Positions 60,704 to 64,000 of a stretch of DNA of 64,000 bases are shown here, piece after piece (within the stretch, counting starts at the first letter, position 1; each line of letters begins with the position of its first letter). A model generated the notes under the pieces. That model worked only from the letters and a program-made list of their open reading frames with translations. It ran no database searches and was not told the DNA's origin. This DNA is from an uncultured candidate division WWE3 bacterium. Lineage in GTDB: Bacteria; Patescibacteriota; WWE3; UBA101185; UBA10185. Location: NCBI GenBank assembly GCA_963765125.1, contig CAVXUZ010000005.1:97596-161595 (forward strand), in the 5' to 3' direction. Made by a program: the position numbers and the translations under genes.

Positions 60704-60721
60704 ATACTAATTATAATCCCT

Positions 60722-61174
60722 TTAGAAAAATCTTACAGGAATAATGAGGCTGTCATTAAGTTCTTTTATGTCTGATGGATTAGATTTTTGTAGCTCAAGT
60801 GTTCCATCTTTTGCGTATGGCTCAGGAAATTCTATTGTAACTTCAAAATCTATAAACTCATCTGTCATCCATTCTTTATCGGTAGAAACATAAGTTTCAA
60901 CAAATTCATCTTGGACGCCGTAGTAAAGAACAATTGGAAAATTTGCCTCGAACCACCAACCGCCCCTAGCTTTGCCCTTAACAACGAGCGGACTCGTAAC
61001 AATATCGTTTGGTTGTGGGTAGTCTACAATGATATTTACTTTTTCTGCTACTTTCTCTTGCGGGGTAACATTTACCTGCCCATCACCAAACCTAATACTT
61101 TTATAGTTGAGAATTAGATAAACAATACAAAAACCAACAAATGCAGCGAGAAAAAAGTTGAATATCTTTGACAT
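60722..61174 (-). CDS. Gmad2 Ig-like domain protein
   Basis: P.....SPL.V.G.ARG.W.FEANFP...NPS...IPV.F. Confidence 0.8.
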   Translation of the reverse strand: MSKIFNFFLAAFVGFCIVYLILNYKSIRFGDGQVNVTPQEKVAEKVNIIVDYPQPNDIVTSPLVVKGKARGGWWFEANFPIVLYYGVQDEFVETYVSTDKEWMTDEFIDFEVTIEFPEPYAKDGTLELQKSNPSDIKELNDSLIIPVRFF

Positions 61175-61205
61175 ATATAAAGTATATCACTAGAAAATAT
61201 GCTAT

Positions 61206-62969
61206 TTAAACAACGCGAAGATTTTTGAAATGAGGAACTGCGCTAAGTTTTTGCTTGAGCTTCTGTTCACTTGATGATTTTATGTTTTCTGCGACAACTC
61301 TTAAATAGAATTGCTCACCTTTCTTACCTCTATTAAAGGTTATCTTTACAATGTTTCCTCCGTATTTCGCAATATTATCAGTTACTATTTTTAGTAAGCC
61401 AGGTTTATCGTTTCCTGTAATTTCTATTGTTGTCCATTTCAATTTGTCTTTTATAAGGCCAATGTCATCTAAGATCGCCTCAAATTTAAAAATGTTTAAA
61501 TAACCTTTTGCTGCTTTGTAATAAATATTTTCTACATTTTCACAACCTAATTCATGCACAATTTTGTTTACGTCGGTATCAATATCTCGAAGATCTAAAA
61601 TGCCACGTTTTATTAGAATTTCTTCTAACAGTAATTTACCATTTGTAATTACTTTGATTTTTTCATCACCAATAATTTTCCTTTCGATTAATAGTTTAGT
61701 TTCTGGTAAACAAACTTTCATTAGCATCTTATCAGAATTTGTTTGCCTTTCGCCCGTAATAATTCTTACTACATCTGTGTTAGAAAGATTAGTTGTTAGT
61801 GCACCTTGCTTTCCGTTAATGATTGCTCCCACAGCGGTATCGCCAAGCCCGGTACTTAGATAGTATGCAAAATCAATTGCTTTAGCTTTTTGTGGCAAAA
61901 ACATTAAATCCTTTTCAGGTGTAAAAACGAGCTTAAGTTTGTATTGGCTGCCATTATTTTTGAGAAGAGTGTCGAGGTAGCCATAATTGTTAAATGATTC
62001 CATTGAGGCTGTTACTACCGCAATCTCGATAGCCCCATGCGTGGTGTTTACAGTAGTTTGAAGGGCTTGATACCCATTTAGCCTTTTATTTGAGCCTATA
62101 AACTCATCGTATCTTTCGTAATCTATGAGATGTTCAAATTCGTTGTGCAGTTTGTAAATTGATTTATAGCAATCTTCCTCCGTATTAACTATTACGCGGT
62201 AGCTAATAATGTCGTTCAAATTTTTAAAACTTCCATGAGACGTTATGCCTTTTAAAGATGATATTTTTAACTTTTGATACGCATGGAAGTAACCACTTGT
62301 AATAATGTTCACTTTTGCTTTAGGTAATGCCTTGCTTATTCTTTTACAAATTAATGCCTTTTCATTTTTTGATAATCTTTTATCGCTATCGATTGCTTTT
62401 TTAACTTGTGCGAACTTTTCGTAGTTTAGATATTTAAATGAAAGATCCTCAATTTCTGTTTTTACTATCCAAAGACCTAGTGACTCGGCTAGCTTTGCAT
62501 ATACTTCGAGGCTTTCCCTCGCTTTACGAATTTGCTTTTCTTTTGGTAAAAACTCAAGTGTTCTTAAATTATGTAGTCTATCTGCAAGTTTCAAAATTGA
62601 TACGCGTTGGTCTAGATATGTGCCTTTTAACAATTTTCTAAGAGTGTTTAAATCAGAAACATCCTTTTTTTCAAGTTTAAATTTTGTAACGCTTTCTACT
62701 AGAAATGCTACATTATTTCCAAAGCGTTTATTTATGGTTGATGATTTTATTGCGCAGTCCTCTATAACATCATGAAGTAGCGCAGAAATAAGCAAGTTCT
62801 CATCTCGAACACCCCAGGATTTTAAAATGTTAAATACCTCAATGCAGTGATTAATGTAGGGCTCGCCTGATTTTCTAAACTGCCCTTTATGATTTTCAGA
62901 CGCAAAAAAATATGCATCTAAAACATTTTTAGTTGGGCATAGTTTTTTTATTTCTTCTGGAATAACCAT
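61206..62969 (-). CDS. RelA/SpoT homolog (HD, divergent synthetase, TGS, ACT)
   Basis: H.GQFRKSGEPYI.H, LLHDVIED, KLADRLHNLRT, VFTP..DFAY, DKPGLL. Confidence 0.9.
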   Translation of the reverse strand: MVIPEEIKKLCPTKNVLDAYFFASENHKGQFRKSGEPYINHCIEVFNILKSWGVRDENLLISALLHDVIEDCAIKSSTINKRFGNNVAFLVESVTKFKLEKKDVSDLNTLRKLLKGTYLDQRVSILKLADRLHNLRTLEFLPKEKQIRKARESLEVYAKLAESLGLWIVKTEIEDLSFKYLNYEKFAQVKKAIDSDKRLSKNEKALICKRISKALPKAKVNIITSGYFHAYQKLKISSLKGITSHGSFKNLNDIISYRVIVNTEEDCYKSIYKLHNEFEHLIDYERYDEFIGSNKRLNGYQALQTTVNTTHGAIEIAVVTASMESFNNYGYLDTLLKNNGSQYKLKLVFTPEKDLMFLPQKAKAIDFAYYLSTGLGDTAVGAIINGKQGALTTNLSNTDVVRIITGERQTNSDKMLMKVCLPETKLLIERKIIGDEKIKVITNGKLLLEEILIKRGILDLRDIDTDVNKIVHELGCENVENIYYKAAKGYLNIFKFEAILDDIGLIKDKLKWTTIEITGNDKPGLLKIVTDNIAKYGGNIVKITFNRGKKGEQFYLRVVAENIKSSSEQKLKQKLSAVPHFKNLRVV

Positions 62970-63036
62970 AGCTCAGATTCATGTAATAGTATTACCTGAG
63001 CAAGATATTTGCAAATGTTGTTGTTAAAACCTTTGC

Positions 63037-63446
63037 TTATTCAATATTTAAGTCGCCAACGTAGAAGTTTTCAAGAGCCGGTACGTGCTTTATCTGAATG
63101 TGATGTTCCGCTTCCCATAGGTCTTGTATTAAAAAGCTTTGTTGCGTCGATTCCGCAACCTTCGTACACCGCCTCTTTACCAGGGTGTTTAGTTCCAAAA
63201 TTTGATGCGTCGTATATTTTACTATCTATAATTAGCCAGCAGTCTTCTGGAGACGAATGGTTCTGCTACGTCATCAAGCGTGTACTTTACGACTGGTTTT
63301 ACTTCTTGTGCTGTGGATTGTTTTGTTTCTTGAGGTACTACTACTGCGGTGTCAGTTTGTACTTGTTTAGATTGTTTTGTAAAAAATAGAAAACCTACGA
63401 TAGCCAAAAAAATAATTAGAATAGGAATTAGTTGTTTTTTGTTCAT
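63037..63446 (-). CDS. Cytochrome b5-like heme-binding protein, two frameshifts as sequenced
   Basis: YTLDDVAE / HSSPEDCWLIIDSKIYD..F..KHPG..CGIDAT..F..HS..A / LENFYVGDL. Confidence 0.82.
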
Positions 63447-63535
63447 ATACCCATTTTAACAGACTTCGGAGTAACATTTCTGCTACAACGGCATCTTAAA
63501 AATGCTTAATCAAATGCTGTAGATTTACGCCCGTA

Positions 63536-64000
63536 TTATTTTATTGGTAATGACTCGCAGGCAACCCCATCTTTATCGCCGTCTAAGCGGTAAAGATCAT
63601 TGCTTACTCTCTCAAAAAATGATTGAGCTTTTGGTTGGGTTGTAAAATCATCGCAATTATAGTCACTTGCTCTCTTACCCTTGCTGAAGTCGGTCGTAAT
63701 ATTTCCGTCGATGTCAAAAAGAACATTGCCGGACGCATCACGAGAAACCTTTGATTCTTCAAAAGATCTTGTTTCCAGAAGCTTTCCTAAATCAAAATCA
63801 TTTTGAGAAATCTCAAGGCCCAACGCTGCAGCTAGGGCGAGAAATGCAATTATGAGTGCTATTCTTGCTTTTTCCCAAAAAATAAATAATACGGCGACAA
63901 TAGCCATAAGTACGATGATTAGCCCTAATCGGACATTTTTGCTTCCTCGCACTTTATTGAATGAAGTACCTTTTTTCTTTGGCGCTTCAGTTTCTGATGG
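63536..64000 (-). CDS. Membrane protein with C-terminal excalibur Ca-binding domain (start probably outside window)
   Basis: [11 protein letters not shown]...[13 protein letters not shown]; frame is open to the window edge. Confidence 0.82.
   Translation of the reverse strand, partial: PSETEAPKKKGTSFNKVRGSKNVRLGLIIVLMAIVAVLFIFWEKARIALIIAFLALAAALGLEISQNDFDLGKLLETRSFEESKVSRDASGNVLFDIDGNITTDFSKGKRASDYNCDDFTTQPKAQSFFERVSNDLYRLDGDKDGVACESLPIK

Overview
AT-rich bacterial chromosome segment. The gene repertoire points to a Patescibacteria/CPR (WWE3- or Microgenomates-like) host, which is an inference: short pheT and thrS, trigger factor without a PPIase domain, several GT-C membrane enzymes, and many genes with apparent leaderless starts. 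TGA is used as stop. The left end holds the thrS-infC-rpmI-rplT-pheS-pheT cluster, truB, tig-clpP and pgk. The rest is mostly accessory genes scattered among six minus-strand tRNAs: Val-GAC, Leu-TAG, Pro-TGG, Leu-TAA, Arg-TCT and Gly-TCC. Most notable: (1) a 4.8-kb array of seven tandem units (31966-36749) behind tRNA-Leu(TAA). Each unit begins with a copy of the tRNA 3' end, and the junctions form long imperfect palindromes. Three units carry cargo genes, no recombinase is present in the window, and related short elements sit behind tRNA-Gly, -Pro, -Val and -Leu(TAG). (2) Two radical SAM/SPASM genes, each next to a Cys-rich peptide ORF missed by the ORF track (a 53-aa CxxD-repeat peptide and a 56-aa CxC-repeat peptide). 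(3) A retron-like reverse transcriptase with YADN in place of YADD, preceded by a structured ~200-nt leader. (4) A 42-aa histone-H1-like Lys-rich peptide apparently co-transcribed with a very acidic 78-aa protein. Single-base frameshifts in pgk, trxB, the cytochrome b5-like gene and the RT probably include sequencing errors. All calls come from reading motifs by eye; no database search was run.
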